From a virus (lineage: Duplodnaviria; Heunggongvirae; Uroviricota; Caudoviricetes), in IMG/VR virus record IMGVR_UViG_2585427783_000001, positions 1-11,471 of that record: a DNA stretch of 11,471 bases, one strand, 5' to 3'. Every line of letters starts with the position of its first letter. Position 1 is the stretch's first letter. The notes below the pieces were generated by a model, which saw nothing but the letters and a program-made list of their open reading frames with translations, was not told the DNA's origin and ran no database searches. The position numbers and the translations under genes are program-made. Shown piece by piece: positions 7,456-11,471 of the stretch.

Positions 7456-7893
7456 CCAGCTATTGGCGTTCCGTTCTTCTGGCCGTCCGCTGCAATGCCA
7501 AATACTGTAATCGACAGCTGGTCCAGTATGGTGTTTTTGAAGTTCAACGGCGCGAAATTCTCTGCCACTGATTATCCTGTGCTGGCGAAAGTGTTTCCTT
7601 CGCTGGTATTACCTGAAGCCCGCGGTGATTTCATTCGTATCTGGGATGACGGGCGAGGTGCAGACGGTGGTCGCGAATTATTAAGCTGGCAGGCAGCTAC
7701 AAACTTTTCTCAGTTTGCCGGGAATATAGGCGAAGGTGCGGGACACGCAATTAACTTTCATGATGGCATCGCCGGAAATCAGCCAGGATTTTCACGATTT
7801 AATTTCACCAGTAACTCTGTGGGTGATGGTGTGAATTTTGTTGCTGTCAGACCGCGAAATATTGCATTTAACTTTCTGGTGAGGGCTAAATAA
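7396..7893 (+). CDS. Tail-fibre C-terminal variable-domain cassette (Sv-like); lacks the constant N-terminal part
   Basis: Gly/Asn-rich translation ending ...RPRNIAFNFLVRAK, like side-tail-fibre C-termini. Its stop overlaps the start of the following tfa gene (TAATG). The first ~10 codons (MMPFARYFCIFIN) lie inside the inverted repeat, antisense to the invertase leader. There is a stop at 7372-7374 and no upstream tail-fibre constant region. Confidence 0.7.
   Translation: MMPFARYFCIFINLGLGEGAPAIGVPFFWPSAAMPNTVIDSWSSMVFLKFNGAKFSATDYPVLAKVFPSLVLPEARGDFIRIWDDGRGADGGRELLSWQAATNFSQFAGNIGEGAGHAINFHDGIAGNQPGFSRFNFTSNSVGDGVNFVAVRPRNIAFNFLVRAK
7424..7449. other. Invertase crossover site, left (gix/hix/cix/pix-like 26-bp site)
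   Basis: TTTTCATAAACC-TT-GGTTTGGGAGAA resembles the recalled hix/gix consensus TTATCAAAAACC-NN-GGTTTTTGATAA (imperfect palindromic half-sites). It sits exactly at the junction between the inverted repeat and unique DNA. Confidence 0.55.
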
Positions 7894-8486
7894 TGAAACC
7901 TGTTTTTGATGAAAATGGGCTGGCTACAGTGCCGGGCGATATGCGTTGTTTTTATTATGATGCTGAAACATCTGAGTATACGGGCTGGTCTGATGAATAT
8001 ATTAATACTGGCGTAAGTATGCCCGCCTGTTCCACTGGTATTGACCCTGGCGAAAACATTCCGGGAAGAGTGGCAGTATTTACAGGTAAGGGATGGCGCC
8101 ATGAAGAAGACCATCGCAATGAGACTGTTTACTTAATCGAAAATGGCGCAGCTGTTACAGTGGATTATATCGGTGCCATCAAAGACGGTTATGTCACGAT
8201 TTCACCGTTAACGCCATACGATAAATGGGATGGTGAGAAATGGGTGACAGACACTGAGGCACAACACAGTGCCGCAGTAGACGCGGCAGAAGCACAGCGC
8301 CAGTCACTGATTGATGCAGCAATGGCTTCCATTAGTCTGATTCAGCTGAAATTACAGGCCGGACGGAAACTGACTCAGGCAGAAACAACCCGACTTAACG
8401 CCGTGCTGGATTACATTGACGCGGTGACGGCAACAGATACCAGCACCGCGCCGGATATCATCTGGCCTGAACTGCCGGAGGCGTAG
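7893..8486 (+). CDS. tfa: Tail-fibre assembly protein (Tfa/U-like chaperone)
   Basis: 197 aa with blocks ...AVFTGKGWRHEEDHRNETVY...YDKWDGEKWVTDTEAQ... and the C-terminal DTSTAPDIIWPELP motif shared by lambda Tfa / Mu U-type proteins. Translationally coupled to the preceding cassette. Confidence 0.85.
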   Translation: MKPVFDENGLATVPGDMRCFYYDAETSEYTGWSDEYINTGVSMPACSTGIDPGENIPGRVAVFTGKGWRHEEDHRNETVYLIENGAAVTVDYIGAIKDGYVTISPLTPYDKWDGEKWVTDTEAQHSAAVDAAEAQRQSLIDAAMASISLIQLKLQAGRKLTQAETTRLNAVLDYIDAVTATDTSTAPDIIWPELPEA

Positions 8487-8886
8487 GCCATTCAATATCG
8501 GGTGCTGTTGACGTATCAACACGCATCAGCAGCACACGGTATTTCTTCCATTGGGTGAGAGTTGTAGCTTCTTCATCAGTTGCGATATCAGCATCAACAG
8601 CATCCTGACGCCAGGATATTTCACTGTCAGCTTTTTCCCGTAATTGGGATTTTTTAACTTCAGCAATAGCTATTAATTCCTTTTTGGTCGGCTGAGGAAT
8701 ATCTATCAGTGCTGGTTTTCCATTCAGTGTTCCAATCTGTTTTCCTGGTGGAATATCCATAAATAACTTCTTATGTTCTTCCTCACTGACTATTACACCA
8801 TCATCAGGCCACAGACCTGATGCCTCAAATTTTTCTTTCTCCGATATGGGGAAAAAGCCATTTGCTTTAGCGCTCCATACGTACAT
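8458..8886 (-). CDS. tfa: Tail-fibre assembly protein, alternative copy (Tfa/U'-like)
   Basis: 142 aa ending ...WKKYRVLLMRVDTSTAPDIEWPTPP, the same C-terminal motif as the forward copy. Start is adjacent to the stop of the reverse tail-fibre cassette. Its 3' end overlaps the forward tfa by 29 bp. Confidence 0.8.
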   Translation of the reverse strand: MYVWSAKANGFFPISEKEKFEASGLWPDDGVIVSEEEHKKLFMDIPPGKQIGTLNGKPALIDIPQPTKKELIAIAEVKKSQLREKADSEISWRQDAVDADIATDEEATTLTQWKKYRVLLMRVDTSTAPDIEWPTPPAVQAR

Positions 8887-8887
8887 A

Positions 8888-9223
8888 TCAATACCCCACC
8901 GCTATAATGTCCACATTAAATCCCCCGGGACCTGCCTGCCAGATGCTGGCCCCTGTTAATGATTTTGTTTGATGAACAACCGCCACATTTGCTGGCGATT
9001 GTGTTTCAGTTGTTACAGTACCGATATCATTCCAGTTAATTGAGATGGAATAGTTCGTTGTTGTAAACGACCGGGGGAAAGTTATGTGTCTTACATTGGT
9101 GCCGACAGGAAATCCAAGATAAACACGCTGAATTATCATTCCTCCAGGTAACATAACCCAGTTAGCACCTTCTCCAAAACCAACATTTATGAAAATGCAG
9201 AAATAACGAGCAAATGGCATCAT
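8888..9223 (-). CDS. Alternative tail-fibre C-terminal variable-domain cassette (Sv'-like); lacks the constant part
   Basis: Mirror-image partner of the forward cassette, beginning inside the right repeat arm with the same MMPFARYFCIFIN leader and then diverging (...GEGANWVMLPGG...NVDIIAVGY). Directly followed by the reverse tfa gene. Confidence 0.65.
   Translation of the reverse strand: MMPFARYFCIFINVGFGEGANWVMLPGGMIIQRVYLGFPVGTNVRHITFPRSFTTTNYSISINWNDIGTVTTETQSPANVAVVHQTKSLTGASIWQAGPGGFNVDIIAVGY
9170..9195. other. Invertase crossover site, right (inverted relative to the left site)
   Basis: TTCTCCAAAACC-AA-CATTTATGAAAA is the reverse complement of the left site apart from two central bases, and sits at the junction of repeat and unique DNA. 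Confidence 0.55.
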
Positions 9224-9249
9224 TCCTGCTTTTACCTGGGGGATCTACC

Positions 9250-11471
<2,222 letters not shown>

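Larger units (their letters stand above)
7424..9195. other. Invertible DNA segment (Mu G-segment / e14 P-region-like) carrying two alternative tail-fibre cassettes
   Basis: Bounded by inverted crossover sites at 7424-7449 and 9170-9195. Contents are mirror-arranged: Sv forward, Tfa forward, Tfa2 reverse, Sv2 reverse. Confidence 0.6.

Noticed and set aside
7368-8114. ORFs 7368-7571 (+, 67 aa) and 7779-8114 (-, 111 aa)
   Set aside because: Alternative-frame and antisense overlaps of the forward tail-fibre cassette and tfa gene, with no supporting motifs.

Overview
Mosaic accessory region, apparently from an Enterobacteriaceae (E. coli-like) chromosome or large plasmid. Left to right: (1) the right-hand end of an IS66-family element (transposase C-terminus, 1-616); (2) the 3' part of a tyrosine integrase gene cut by that IS (617-1394); (3) a 46-nt copy of the 3' end of tRNA-Thr on the minus strand (1409-1454), which looks like an att-core remnant; (4) a ~5 kb low-GC block (about 30-35% GC against ~50% in the flanks) carrying two minus-strand ORFs in the same reading frame separated by one TAG codon: a 251-aa protein of unknown function (5537-6292) and a 1201-aa P-loop NTPase with STAND/NACHT-type motifs (1838-5443). 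This is my best candidate for an undescribed antiphage module; (5) a Pin/Gin-type DNA invertase (6815-7369) beside an invertible tail-fibre segment (7424-9195) with two alternative tail-fibre C-terminal cassettes and two tail-fibre assembly genes. The segment is flanked by ~415-bp inverted repeats that each carry an invertase gene rather than a tail-fibre constant region, and the second invertase copy is cut by (6) an IS100-like IS21-family element (istA, istB; 9579 to window end). No CRISPR array, rRNA or intact tRNA was seen. All functional calls rest on motifs read from the translations and on recalled family knowledge; no database search was run.
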